Shown piece by piece: positions 8,895 to 17,953 of a stretch of 53,569 nucleotides of DNA. The stretch comes from a virus: positions 1 to 53,569 of the IMG/VR virus record IMGVR_UViG_3300045988_160359. One strand, given 5' to 3'. Made by a program: the position numbers and the translations under genes. The notes beneath the pieces are model-generated. The model saw only the letters and a list, made by a program, of their open reading frames with translations. It ran no database searches and was not told the origin of the DNA. The stretch's first letter is position 1. Each line of letters starts with the position of its first letter.

Positions 8895-9050
8895 AAAAAC
8901 ACTTGACAAAATTTGTGCTCCGTGGTATAATGGAAATTTCGGGTGCCATAGCCGTGAGCGCCCGACCCATTTTAACACATTTGAGCGCATTTGTCAATAG
9001 GTAAAATGCACAAAAATAAACCAGCGTAGTTGGCTACTACGCTGGTTCCC
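8895..9050. promoter_or_regulatory. Convergent-promoter / hairpin / terminator module
   Basis: The plus strand has TTGACA-N17-TATAAT at ~8903-8931. The minus strand has TTGACA-N17-TAAAAT at ~8997-8969. Between them lies the hairpin cgggtgccatagccgtgagcgcccg. The accagcgtagttggctactacgctggt hairpin follows. Confidence 0.55.
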
Positions 9051-9407
9051 CTGTTGATACTCGCCAGCCGTCCGGACAGCCAGCCCACTTCTACACAGCT
9101 TGACACTTAGAGCAGGCGCAATGCCCATGTAAAGGTCTTTCTCGGCACGCGGTGAATGTGGTTAGAACTTCGTACCCAGTCCCAATTTCTAACGAGGGGT
9201 TCAAGATGGCGGTTGAGAAGAAATTATTGAGTGGGACAAACACTCTATTAAACTCCATCTTGGCTGGGGTCTTAATCAATCTATAATACATATCTAATCA
9301 ATAAATCATAGATTGATTACTAAGGTGGTCGATACAATCGCCATTTCATTTTTCTCACCTCACGATGTTAGTATAGCATAGGCGGGGCTGTTTGTCAAGA
9401 GTTTTTT

Positions 9408-10091
9408 TCAAAATTCCAAATCATCACAGACGCCATAGCCGGAGAAATCGAGGATAACCGGAGAAATGCCAATGTAGCCGATGTTTGAGCCGTGGAGGTC
9501 GTTGATGTGATACTTTTTAACGAACTCACAGAGGGCGATAACCTTGCGTTTGCCGTAGATAGAAACGGCAACTTTCGCCCATAGCCCATCGAGGTCGCGC
9601 CCGTAGCCGTTAACATCAGCTTTGCGGAACTGACGCTCGATTTGAGAAATACGACAGTCGGGGACAGTCTTTGCGATACGCGAGAGACGAGTTTTTATAC
9701 CGTCCTCACTCCAATGGATTTTGTGTGCGCTGTTGGTGATAATCTGTTGTGCGGTAAACGCAACAGGGTCATCACCCTCACGCGGAGGAACAATGTAGCC
9801 AGCCAACTCGGTGGCGGGGAAAAAATCCGCGAGGTTTGCATCTACGGCTTTCTTATACACAGCCACTTCGCGCTCTGCATCCCGCGTCTCCGTAGACCAT
9901 TTGAGGACATACCCCAAATCAGGGAACACCAGACATTCCTTGCTTGCGCCGTTGCTGGACGCTACTTTGACATTAGGATATGCGTCGTGGATAACGCGGG
10001 CTAAGGTGTCCGCGTCTCTGACGCGCCTTGGCTTTTCAGATACCGCCTGCTGAATGGTCAGGATAAAATCCTGAACTCTCGGAAACTTCAT
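9408..10091 (-). CDS. Protein-kinase-like early protein (APH/CotH-like fold; 227 aa)
   Basis: VAVYKK (VAxK-like), YHINDLHGSNIGY (Brenner-type HxDLHxxN catalytic loop) and ILDFSGYG (DFG-like). The RBS is AAAGGAG. Confidence 0.45.
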   Translation of the reverse strand: MKFPRVQDFILTIQQAVSEKPRRVRDADTLARVIHDAYPNVKVASSNGASKECLVFPDLGYVLKWSTETRDAEREVAVYKKAVDANLADFFPATELAGYIVPPREGDDPVAFTAQQIITNSAHKIHWSEDGIKTRLSRIAKTVPDCRISQIERQFRKADVNGYGRDLDGLWAKVAVSIYGKRKVIALCEFVKKYHINDLHGSNIGYIGISPVILDFSGYGVCDDLEF

Positions 10092-10194
10092 CGTTCATCG
10101 CTCCTTTCAGTATCATTATTATAACACATTACAGGGGAATTGCAATAGTCAATACCTACAAAAAACGGGATTTCCAACATCCAAAATTTGTGCA

Positions 10195-10340
10195 AAAAAA
10201 CGCTTGACAAAATTGCCAGTGGGGGTGTATAATAGAAATTTCGAGCGCCACATACGTGGACGCGCGACCGAATTATACCACACGCGCCCGGATTTGTCAA
10301 TAAGCAAAATGCACAAAAATGAGGGAGATTTCTCTCCCTC
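10195..10340. promoter_or_regulatory. Convergent-promoter / hairpin / terminator module
   Basis: Plus strand TTGACA-N18-TATAAT and minus strand TTGACA-N17-TATAAT. The central hairpin is gcgccacatacgtggacgcgc. On the minus strand a gagggagagaaatctccctc hairpin plus T-run terminator follows. Confidence 0.55.
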
Positions 10341-10695
10341 ACTTGCGCGGGCACGACAGCACAACCTTGTATTTTGTTCCATCAAGCGTGAATAAAAATT
10401 CGCGCTCCGCGTTGCTCACGTTCAGGTCAGTCGCGCCGTATGTGGTCAGTGTCTCGGTCAGCAGAGTGATGATAGTCTGCTTTGTGGGATTAGCCTTTCT
10501 TTCTCTTGGTGCGAACTTGTATGCGGTCGGCTGGCGTCCTACTCCCCGCGCTTTCTTGCTTGCCTTTTCCTGTTCTTCGGTCAGCGGAAACGGATTGCCG
10601 CCCTTGTCGATGATAGCATCTTGAACAATAATGTCCTTTGCTTCGGCTTCGGTGCAATCCAGCTTTCGCATGAGGTCGGCAACTCGGTCAGTCAT
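10339..10695 (-). CDS. Cassette protein B' (118 aa)
   Basis: PTAYKFAPRERKANPTKQTIITLL, paralogous to 7724..8122. Confidence 0.55.
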   Translation of the reverse strand: MTDRVADLMRKLDCTEAEAKDIIVQDAIIDKGGNPFPLTEEQEKASKKARGVGRQPTAYKFAPRERKANPTKQTIITLLTETLTTYGATDLNVSNAEREFLFTLDGTKYKVVLSCPRK

Positions 10696-10746
10696 GCGGT
10701 ACTCCTTTCAGGGGTAGGGTGGGGATTGCTCCCCACCCTTTGAGGT

Positions 10747-11178
10747 TTACGCGCTCACCTTGCGGAAGAACGCCTTGCGCTTGTCCTCCACGCGCTCCAC
10801 CTGCTTATCCAGCACCATCTGCCGGACGAGGGAGGACAGCTTCTGATTGCTCATGTCCTTGCAGACGGGGAACTCTTTGAGCATCTCGCTGATGGAATAC
10901 AGCCGGTTGCTCTCCATAGCGGACAGGACAGTGGTCTTGATGACCTCATTCTCCTGCTGGGTCTTGGTGGGCTTCTTATCCACGGTGTTCTTGCGGTCGA
11001 GCAGGTCGATTTCGTGGGTGATGAACTCCACCAGCTTGGGGTCAGCCTTGACCTCGGACAGGTTCAGCAGGGCGGTGAAATTGTCGCGCTTGGTGGGCTT
11101 GCGGGTGGTGGTGTTAGTGTTAGCCATAGTATCAATTCCTTTCTCCATTTGGTTTTGAGGGCTTTGCCCTCCTGACAT
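10747..11178 (-). CDS. Cassette protein A'
   Basis: Paralogous to 8183..8635. The true start may be the internal Met of MANTNTTT at about 11127. Confidence 0.5.
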   Translation of the reverse strand: MSGGQSPQNQMEKGIDTMANTNTTTRKPTKRDNFTALLNLSEVKADPKLVEFITHEIDLLDRKNTVDKKPTKTQQENEVIKTTVLSAMESNRLYSISEMLKEFPVCKDMSNQKLSSLVRQMVLDKQVERVEDKRKAFFRKVSA

Positions 11179-11880
11179 TATCTATTATAACAGCTTGCGC
11201 TGGGATTGTCAAGAGTTTTTTCAAAATTCTTGATTTTTTTTGATAGTGTCAACAGGGGAACGCTCCACAAGGGTTCACAGACGACTTACCACCTCGCCTG
11301 ACGAATAAGGTGTTGCTGTTGGTTCAACGTTTCCATGCGCATGGACGAACTGACCAATCTACTCACTTTTCGTTCATCGTTTGGGTTTACTGCGCTGGTA
11401 TAGTCCTTACTTCCTTTACTCTCACACGGTTCGCGACCCGTGGATTTCTTGGGTGGGGCTATTCCCCTCTTGACATTATCAATTATAACACAGGTGCTGG
11501 GGATTGTCAAGAGGTTTTTTGAAATTTTTCCAAATTTCTGAAACCTGTCTACACAGGCGACACATTAGACGCATCTGCCGTGCCGTTCCCCTCTTGACAT
11601 TATCCATTATAACACAGATGCTGGGGATTGTCAAGAGGGGAAATGCGGGTCAGTTACCGAGTTGTCACACCCGCCAGCGTGGCTCCCCCGAGGAGCAACT
11701 TGCTGTCCCCTCTTAACATTATTCATTATAGCACCTTTGATGGAGTTTGTCAAGAGGGAATTTTGGTCTTTTTTTTCAGTACGGCGCGCTCTCACTTACA
11801 CTTGGGACATTACCTACCATTAGCCCAGCCCACGGGGTCTCACCCCCTCTTGACATTATGTAGTATAGCACAGGTGAGCA
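11165..11880 (-). repeat. Tandem array of five ~50-bp palindromic promoter repeats (CTCTTGACA ... TGTCAAGAG)
   Basis: Copies at ~11168, 11464, 11590, 11707 and 11845. On the minus strand each reads TTGACA-N17-TATAAT(TATAGC). They are separated by 70-250 nt of non-coding sequence. Confidence 0.6.
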
Positions 11881-11929
11881 TGAATTACAATAGGCAAACT
11901 ATACAAGTTTCGGGAAAAATAAATAAAAA

Positions 11930-12090
11930 AATTTGTGTAAAAAAACTCTTGACAAAATTGCTGGCGGGGTGTATAATGGTGAATTCCGGCCGAGACGCGC
12001 GAAATCGGCCGGCCATTATACCATGCCCAGGCGCGTTTGTCAATAGGGAAAATTATACAAAAAATGAGGGGAAAATCCCCTCATTTTTTA
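11930..12090. promoter_or_regulatory. Convergent-promoter / hairpin / terminator module
   Basis: TTGACA-N17-TATAAT on both strands. The central hairpin is ccggccgagacgcgcgaaatcggccgg. A bidirectional terminator follows: gaggggaaaatcccctc with A/T runs on both sides. Confidence 0.55.
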
Positions 12091-12621
12091 GTCCATCTGA
12101 CAAGCGAGAAATGCGTCCCGCTTTTCGTTCAGTTTGACGATTTCACCCGCGATTTTGTCAGCCCTCATAGCCAACAGACGCCCATAGCTTCTGCGCCACG
12201 CCAGCATACCATCGGGATTGACCGTGTAAATATACTTTTCCTTTTCCACGGTCTTGGTGTCCTTACGCTCCGTGCGGAAATTCTGTCCATTCATAGTCCG
12301 CAGAGCGTTCTGCGCCACTTCCGGCAACCGCATCCAGTCATACTCGGTCATCAGGGCGTTGCCATCCTTGTCAATCATCCAGATTTCCGCTTCCCACGGG
12401 TCGAGCGTGATTTCCTTGGTGGATTTCTCGGTGCGAACTGCCTTGATGATACCCTCGTCCCGCAGGAACGCCAGAGAATTGTAGGTGTATCGCCGATAGT
12501 CGTGCTTTGCTTTGGTGAAGTCCTCGGAAGTGAACTCCTTATTCCCGAACAGGTCTACCAGCCACTTGTAGGTCTTGACCGTGCGGTTGAAGTTGTGAAC
12601 GTTAGCGTAGCGAGCTTTCAT
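12088..12621 (-). CDS. Hypothetical early protein (177 aa)
   Basis: Intact ORF. Confidence 0.5.
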   Translation of the reverse strand: MKARYANVHNFNRTVKTYKWLVDLFGNKEFTSEDFTKAKHDYRRYTYNSLAFLRDEGIIKAVRTEKSTKEITLDPWEAEIWMIDKDGNALMTEYDWMRLPEVAQNALRTMNGQNFRTERKDTKTVEKEKYIYTVNPDGMLAWRRSYGRLLAMRADKIAGEIVKLNEKRDAFLACQMD

Positions 12622-12733
12622 AGTTTTTCTCCTTTTCTATTGGTGGGGCTTACCATCGTTTCCCCTACCTTGAATTTGTAATGTTATTATAGCATGGAAT
12701 GGGGGCGTTGTCAACCCCCATTCCAAACTTTTT

Positions 12734-12949
12734 TTACGGGGGATCGTGCTTGCGGTACTCAGTCAGGTCAGGGTCGCCAATCCATTCAGAAAAGTCAACC
12801 CAGGAGTCGAACACGTGAAGAATTTCGATTTCATCAGGTTCAAACACCCCGCCACAACAGGCGCAGATTACGAAACCATTTTCAAGCTGGATACCAGCCT
12901 GAACGCCATCAGAATGGTCGCCCTTAAAAAGCACTTGCTTAATAGGCAT
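12734..12949 (-). CDS. Hypothetical small protein (71 aa)
   Basis: Intact ORF with a CACCGG motif. Confidence 0.4.
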   Translation of the reverse strand: MPIKQVLFKGDHSDGVQAGIQLENGFVICACCGGVFEPDEIEILHVFDSWVDFSEWIGDPDLTEYRKHDPP

Positions 12950-13016
12950 TGTACTTACCTCCTTGTTTTAGTATAGTCATTATACCACATGAGAAAGGGG
13001 CTGTCAAGCCCCATTC

Positions 13017-13673
13017 TCAAAACTTGGGAAAACATTTTACCTCAAAGGGCGCGTCCCATGCGTGGACGTTCTTGGTGTATCGCTTGTGCATCTTCTGACA
13101 GGCGAGGAAAATTTCCATTTCCTGCATAGCGTCAGACAGGGCGGTGTGTTCTTCGGAAAAGTCGGGGTTATCGTGGAGATAACCATACACCGCTTCGACA
13201 GAGGTTGCACAGGTCTTGCCATTCTTGGAACGCTTGCCATGCTCTCGGCAGTATTCCGCATAGGACTTTTTGTGGGTGATAGTTTCCAGTGCCATCAGAT
13301 AAAGGTCGATGAACTCGAAATTATCCAGCAGGTCGCGGAAACAGGTCTTGCAGAAGTCAAAACCGGAATTGTACGCCATCACATAGCGAACGCCGTAATG
13401 GTCGCACAGGTTTTTGACTACCTCATAGGCTTCGCGCTCCGTGGCGATAGCGGAGATTTCGCCAGTTTTGAGCCGTTCGGCATATACGGGAAAATTCTTC
13501 TTGGCGTAGCCATCGAGGGCGATTTCGTCATAATGCTCCATCACCAGCAGGGAAGTGGTGGCGAGGATTTCGCCCTTGCGGTCGTGGATAATCGCGCCCA
13601 CATTATACATTCCCGTGGGGTGAGCCGCGCCGCCTACCGTTTCAGTGTCCAGCGTGCAGTAGATATTTTTCAT
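13017..13673 (-). CDS. DnaQ-like DEDDh 3'-5' exonuclease
   Basis: Exo I LDTETVG, Exo II YNSGFDF and Exo III HTALSDA. Confidence 0.6.
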   Translation of the reverse strand: MKNIYCTLDTETVGGAAHPTGMYNVGAIIHDRKGEILATTSLLVMEHYDEIALDGYAKKNFPVYAERLKTGEISAIATEREAYEVVKNLCDHYGVRYVMAYNSGFDFCKTCFRDLLDNFEFIDLYLMALETITHKKSYAEYCREHGKRSKNGKTCATSVEAVYGYLHDNPDFSEEHTALSDAMQEMEIFLACQKMHKRYTKNVHAWDAPFEVKCFPKF

Positions 13674-13784
13674 TATTCATTCTCCTTTTCTCTTGGTTGG
13701 GCTTACCATCGTTTCCCATACCTTAATTACATTACATATTATAGCAGACAGGGGTGAGGTTGTCAACCCCTGTCTGCTATTTTT

Positions 13785-14231
13785 TTACAGGTTTCGCAAA
13801 ATTTCCATCAGGAGGTCGGCGTTGTATGCCATATTGTGAGTGTTTGCCGTCCACTCGTTGAGGTTGCGCTGTTCGTCATCGAACAAAATCGCGTTGGGGC
13901 AGGTCGCACAGTTGGACTTGGGAACGCCATAGGGGACAATATGGATTTCGTCCCACTGAACGCTGGGGAGATGTTTTGCCAGCCAGTCGCGCTTGACTTC
14001 GGCTACTTCGGCATTGAACTTATCCGTTCCGCTCTTGGACAGCCAGCTGATGATGCCGATATTGTAGCCACGCGCCTGCAAGCGGTTCAGGTAGCGGGCG
14101 AGGGTGGAGAAATGGACAAGCGGGCGAGCGTCCGCATATACGCTTGTGTCAGCGGCTTCCAGCTTTGCCAGCCAGTTAGGGTCGCCATACAGGTCGGCGA
14201 TAGTCCCGTCCATGTCCAGATAGATAGTCAT
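13785..14231 (-). CDS. HAD-superfamily phosphatase (DxDGT)
   Basis: MTIYLDMDGTIAD at the N-terminus after GAAAGGAAG. The track ORF extends to 14354. Confidence 0.55.
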   Translation of the reverse strand: MTIYLDMDGTIADLYGDPNWLAKLEAADTSVYADARPLVHFSTLARYLNRLQARGYNIGIISWLSKSGTDKFNAEVAEVKRDWLAKHLPSVQWDEIHIVPYGVPKSNCATCPNAILFDDEQRNLNEWTANTHNMAYNADLLMEILRNL

Positions 14232-14384
14232 AGTATCAACTTCCTTTCTTGATTGTAATGCTATTATACAGGATAAAACGCAATTTGTCAACAGTTTTTT
14301 TCGGTTTTGCTCTTGGTCATTTCGCACAAACTTTCGGGATGCGCGCTTGGGCAAATTTGTTCAATTTACCTATTGACAAAATTG

Positions 14385-14520
14385 CTGGCAGGGTGTATAA
14401 TGGAAATTTCGAGCGCCAGGGCCGTGGGCGCTCGGCCGAGTATACCACAAATAGGGGTGTTTGTCAATAGGTAAATTGAACAAAAAAAATCTCCCAAATT
14501 TGGGAGATTTTTCAATTTAC
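14385..14520. promoter_or_regulatory. Convergent-promoter / hairpin / terminator module
   Basis: Plus strand TTGACA-N17-TATAAT. Minus strand TTGACA-N17-TATACT. Hairpin tcgagcgccagggccgtgggcgctcgg. Terminator tctcccaaatttgggaga. Confidence 0.55.
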
Positions 14521-14720
14521 TTGTTGGCGTGGAGAATGGAGTGCAGGATTACGACAATGAGCCAAATGACCAGCACCAGCTTCCACGAGAACACGATGGC
14601 GAAAGAGCCGATGGACGCGATGCCGATAGCAGGGAGAAGCCAGCAGAACAGCCAAACCAGTCCGGCGGTACACAGGAAGTCGAAAGCGGCAAGTGCCAAA
14701 AACAACAGAACGATGAACAT
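14517..14720 (-). CDS. Small hydrophobic membrane protein (67 aa)
   Basis: Almost entirely hydrophobic. The RBS is GAGAGGAG. Confidence 0.5.
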   Translation of the reverse strand: MFIVLLFLALAAFDFLCTAGLVWLFCWLLPAIGIASIGSFAIVFSWKLVLVIWLIVVILHSILHANK

Positions 14721-14722
14721 TT

Positions 14723-14920
14723 TTATTCTCCTCTCTTAAATACGATGGTTTTGTGTGTGGTAAAGGTCGCTCCGCGAACAAGCGGGTCATTTGCCAGGTC
14801 ATTTGCGATGAATGACAAGGCTTCATTCTCGTTCTTGAACCACTCGCTATTAGTGAAGCGTTCGCCCCAAGAAGTTATGCCCCACCACTCGATGTTGTAG
14901 TAGACATCTTTGGTTTCCAT
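14723..14920 (-). CDS. Hypothetical small protein (65 aa)
   Basis: RBS AAGGAGGG. Confidence 0.5.
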   Translation of the reverse strand: METKDVYYNIEWWGITSWGERFTNSEWFKNENEALSFIANDLANDPLVRGATFTTHKTIVFKRGE

Positions 14921-14933
14921 TGTTAATCCCTCC

Positions 14934-15083
14934 TTAGTAAATTTGTTCGCCGTTGTGATAGCGTTCGTATCTCGCTTCGAGGAAGTCGAGAATGAACTCG
15001 AAATCGTCCGCGTCCGCGGGGTCTACGAACGCCTTTTCGAGGATTTCGCCGGTGTGGTCATTGAAAACTTTAATCATTTCCAT
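14934..15083 (-). CDS. Hypothetical small acidic protein
   Basis: The start is placed at MEMIKVF after AAGGGAGG. Confidence 0.4.
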   Translation of the reverse strand: MEMIKVFNDHTGEILEKAFVDPADADDFEFILDFLEARYERYHNGEQIY

Positions 15084-15149
15084 TTTGTTGTCCTCCCTTA
15101 TTTGATGATACCATTCTAACACAGAGGGGCTGATTTGTCAACCCCTATT

Positions 15150-15626
15150 TTACAAATTTTTGCTTTCTGCCACGAAATATTTTGCGCCATACTGCGCCAC
15201 AATGTCCTTGACCTTTTTGCTCTCAGCTTGCGTGGCACAATAGAAATTAAATAGCGTGTGTTTGTTGCTAATCTCAATGTATGAGTGTGGAATGTCTCGC
15301 AGGTCAAAATCCACGGCGGCTCGATACTTAGTAGGAACAGTCATTTCGATTTTCCACAACTTTTCTTTGCGCGCCAACTCCTCAACCCACTTAACCGCCA
15401 GCACACCAATGAAATTACAGGCGGCGGTGATGCCCATTTTTGCCAACGTAGAAACGCCGTCAATGTTAGTCAAAATAATAACATAGGAATAGAAGCCATA
15501 GGTTAGCGCATTGATACCGGCGGCAACCCATTTATTGCCTTTAACAGTCAGAATAGACTTGATGGTGGACAGCACCACATTCACAGCGGTACAGATAATG
15601 AATAGAATAATAGCGTTCATAATCAT
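15150..15626 (-). CDS. Membrane protein with two N-terminal TM segments and a cytoplasmic domain
   Basis: The start is placed at MIMNAIILFIICTAV after AAAGGAG. Confidence 0.45.
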   Translation of the reverse strand: MIMNAIILFIICTAVNVVLSTIKSILTVKGNKWVAAGINALTYGFYSYVIILTNIDGVSTLAKMGITAACNFIGVLAVKWVEELARKEKLWKIEMTVPTKYRAAVDFDLRDIPHSYIEISNKHTLFNFYCATQAESKKVKDIVAQYGAKYFVAESKNL

Positions 15627-15762
15627 CACTCCTTTTTCAGTATAATAATAATAACACATTTAATTGAAAATGTCAAGAAAAATTTTTGTCGTAGTTAAAT
15701 TCTCACAAGATTAGTTTTTTGTTCCGTGTAGTTAGTTATAGCTAAACTTGAAAAGAGGGGCG

Positions 15763-16134
15763 TTAATGCCCCTCTGTTAGTTTGTTATACATACTCCACA
15801 GCGTTTCACAGGAATGGTTAGTCTGTTCAGCCATCCATACAATTTGGTCATCAGTCGGCAGGTATTTATCATCACGCCACCCGAAAAATCTTTCACAGGA
15901 CTGGTATGCCTTATACTCGTCCTCTGTCAGTTTGCCGCGCAACCGCCAGTCCCAGCAAACAGAGTCCACCATAGACCATATACACGCGCCTACGATAGTC
16001 AGTACCATAATCGCAACCGTTGCATATAGCACCAGTGTGGATTTTATCATACCATACACCAGCAGACCGAAACCACACACAATGAGGAAATTGCGCCCAT
16101 ACCTTTTAAGGGTCAACTTCTGAAAATCAGACAT
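15763..16134 (-). CDS. Membrane protein (123 aa)
   Basis: Two hydrophobic segments. Confidence 0.5.
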   Translation of the reverse strand: MSDFQKLTLKRYGRNFLIVCGFGLLVYGMIKSTLVLYATVAIMVLTIVGACIWSMVDSVCWDWRLRGKLTEDEYKAYQSCERFFGWRDDKYLPTDDQIVWMAEQTNHSCETLWSMYNKLTEGH

Positions 16135-16345
16135 TTTCTCTACTCCTTAACATATTGTCAGTAAATTCGTTGGAGAACTCCTCGGCGAAATCCTCACCAT
16201 AACCACGATTGGCAATTACCTCCATAACTGTCTCAATGCCGGACATATAATAGGGATTGCCGTTGATGGCATCATAACGCCCTTGGAACATAGGGCATTC
16301 GCGCAGGTCGCTGAAAACCATCTGATACGCTTTCTTCAACTCCAT
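16127..16345 (-). CDS. Hypothetical small protein (72 aa)
   Basis: Intact ORF. Confidence 0.45.
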   Translation of the reverse strand: MELKKAYQMVFSDLRECPMFQGRYDAINGNPYYMSGIETVMEVIANRGYGEDFAEEFSNEFTDNMLRSRENV

Positions 16346-16424
16346 TGTTCTTACCTCCTTGTTTCAGTATAGCCATTATACCGTATTACAGGATAGAAGT
16401 CAATCGTCAAATTGCACAAAATTG

Positions 16425-16560
16425 CGGCGAAAAATTTGTGGAGTATACCTATTGACAAAATGCCGGGCGCCACAATCGTTGGCGCGCGGCCGAAAATGTC
16501 AAGTGAAAAATTATACAAAATTTGGGCTGGATTTTTGTTCATCCAGCCCAAATGATTTTT
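16425..16560. promoter_or_regulatory. Degenerate copy of the promoter / hairpin / terminator module
   Basis: It has TTGACA boxes and the gccgggcgccacaatcgttggcgcgcggc hairpin, but weak -10 elements. The gggctggatttttgttcatccagccc terminator is present. Confidence 0.4.
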
Positions 16561-16807
16561 AGTCCTTTTCAAAAATAAAATCCGGTTTGAAAATGTAGAG
16601 GAACGCCACAGCGTAATGGAAAATCGGAATGATTGAGCCGGTGATGACTGTCAGCCAGTTAGAAAACGGACTGCGCTTGCTTTCGCCCCGGTTCTTGAAT
16701 GCTTCCTGCGCCTGTTCCTTGTTTTTCTTCATAGTCGAAATGATGCTTGCGATGCCCAGCCAGTAGAGAACGATACCGATGATGTAAATAATGAGAATGA
16801 TTTTCAT
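16559..16807 (-). CDS. Small membrane protein (82 aa)
   Basis: Two TM segments. Confidence 0.5.
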   Translation of the reverse strand: MKIILIIYIIGIVLYWLGIASIISTMKKNKEQAQEAFKNRGESKRSPFSNWLTVITGSIIPIFHYAVAFLYIFKPDFIFEKD

Positions 16808-16891
16808 AAATGTATCTCCTTTTTATTTGATTTACTTTTCCGATTTTGGAACGAAGCCACGGTTACTGGCTTTTGCGCTGAGAGTAAATGA

Positions 16892-17173
16892 TTATTCAAA
16901 CAAAACTTTTTCCCGGATGGTATAGCTTGCGATAATAGCACCGGAAAGCAAAACATAGGTTTCAAAACTGTATTTTTTCTTTTTGGAGGTATACGCCCTA
17001 CGCTTGCCGTTGAAATGCTCCTGAATGGTAAAACCCATTTCTGCATCAACGAGGTACAGGAAATAACTCAGTTCTTCAAACAGAGATAAAACCATTTCTT
17101 CGGCATCAGCTCGATTACCAAACAGTGCTATTAGTCTGGATGAATTTTCAAATACGGCATACCCAGTTTTCAT
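16892..17173 (-). CDS. Hypothetical small protein
   Basis: The start is placed at MKTGYAV after AAAGGGAGG. Confidence 0.4.
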   Translation of the reverse strand: MKTGYAVFENSSRLIALFGNRADAEEMVLSLFEELSYFLYLVDAEMGFTIQEHFNGKRRAYTSKKKKYSFETYVLLSGAIIASYTIREKVLFE

Positions 17174-17190
17174 TTTACTTACCTCCCTTT

Positions 17191-17391
17191 TTAGTGCTTT
17201 GGAACGAAACCCCGGCAGAATTGACGACACCAGGTGCGCTCGTTCTTTCGCTTCATACATTTACTCTCGCCCATACTGTTCATTACCTTGCCGTGGTTAT
17301 AACCCCAGTATTCACAGTTGGAACATCTTACCTTGTCAGGCTCTACGCAATAACGGTCGGCCAGTTCAGTTCTGATTTCAAAAGTAGTCAT
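17191..17391 (-). CDS. Cys-rich small protein (66 aa)
   Basis: CVEPDKVRCSNCEYW...C...C. Confidence 0.45.
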   Translation of the reverse strand: MTTFEIRTELADRYCVEPDKVRCSNCEYWGYNHGKVMNSMGESKCMKRKNERTWCRQFCRGFVPKH

Positions 17392-17479
17392 TCGGGGTAT
17401 CCTCCTTTATTTGATGTATTTATTATACCACACTTCTTGGTTGTTGTCAATAAAAAATGTGGGATTTCTCCCACATTTT

Positions 17480-17710
17480 TTATTTATTTTCTAACCGCAT
17501 TTTATCAGATCCGATAAGCGCGGCCAGCAGGTTTGAGGTATCACGGACTTGGCTCATAGAATACTCTTCGCCAATGTTGGAAATAGCGTATTCTTGTTCG
17601 TAGTCATACATCAAATCGAACAGGTGAGAAATGACCTCACGGGCGTCTTGAAGTTTGTTCTTTTCCTCTTGGGTAAGTTGAACCTGAACGTTTGAGGTAA
17701 TAATGTTCAT
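17480..17710 (-). CDS. Small protein (76 aa), paralog of 17726..17953
   Basis: LTQEEKNKLQDAREVISHLFDLMYDYEQEY aligns with LTENERKTLRDAYDILNELYDVIADNDCEY. Confidence 0.45.
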   Translation of the reverse strand: MNIITSNVQVQLTQEEKNKLQDAREVISHLFDLMYDYEQEYAISNIGEEYSMSQVRDTSNLLAALIGSDKMRLENK

Positions 17711-17725
17711 TTGTTGTACCTCCTT

Positions 17726-17953
17726 TTATTTACCGATTTCCACTTTTTCAGTGGGGGCAAGCATTTGAAGCACATTGGCTGTAAGCGCGACGTCCACTCT
17801 GTCATAGCCATTCCCGCAAGTATCGCTCACATACTCGCAATCATTATCGGCGATGACATCATACAATTCATTGAGAATGTCATAGGCGTCGCGCAAGGTT
17901 TTCCGTTCATTCTCTGTCAACTTGGCATAGATGGGAGCTTTGATAATTTCCAT
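17726..17953 (-). CDS. Small protein, paralog of 17480..17710
   Basis: The start is placed at MEIIKAP after AAAGGAG. Confidence 0.45.
   Translation of the reverse strand: MEIIKAPIYAKLTENERKTLRDAYDILNELYDVIADNDCEYVSDTCGNGYDRVDVALTANVLQMLAPTEKVEIGK

Noticed and set aside
8895-9050. Reading the plus-strand promoter of each module as the real promoter for plus-strand genes
   Set aside because: There are no plus-strand ORFs with RBSs downstream. All coding capacity is on the minus strand, so the plus-strand promoters are antisense or inverted-repeat partners.
11165-11880. Possible CRISPR array, meaning regular short repeats separated by unique spacers
   Set aside because: The repeats are ~50-bp palindromes that each contain a full -35/-10 promoter. 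The spacers vary from 70 to 300 bp and there are no cas genes. It is better explained as a tandem promoter array.
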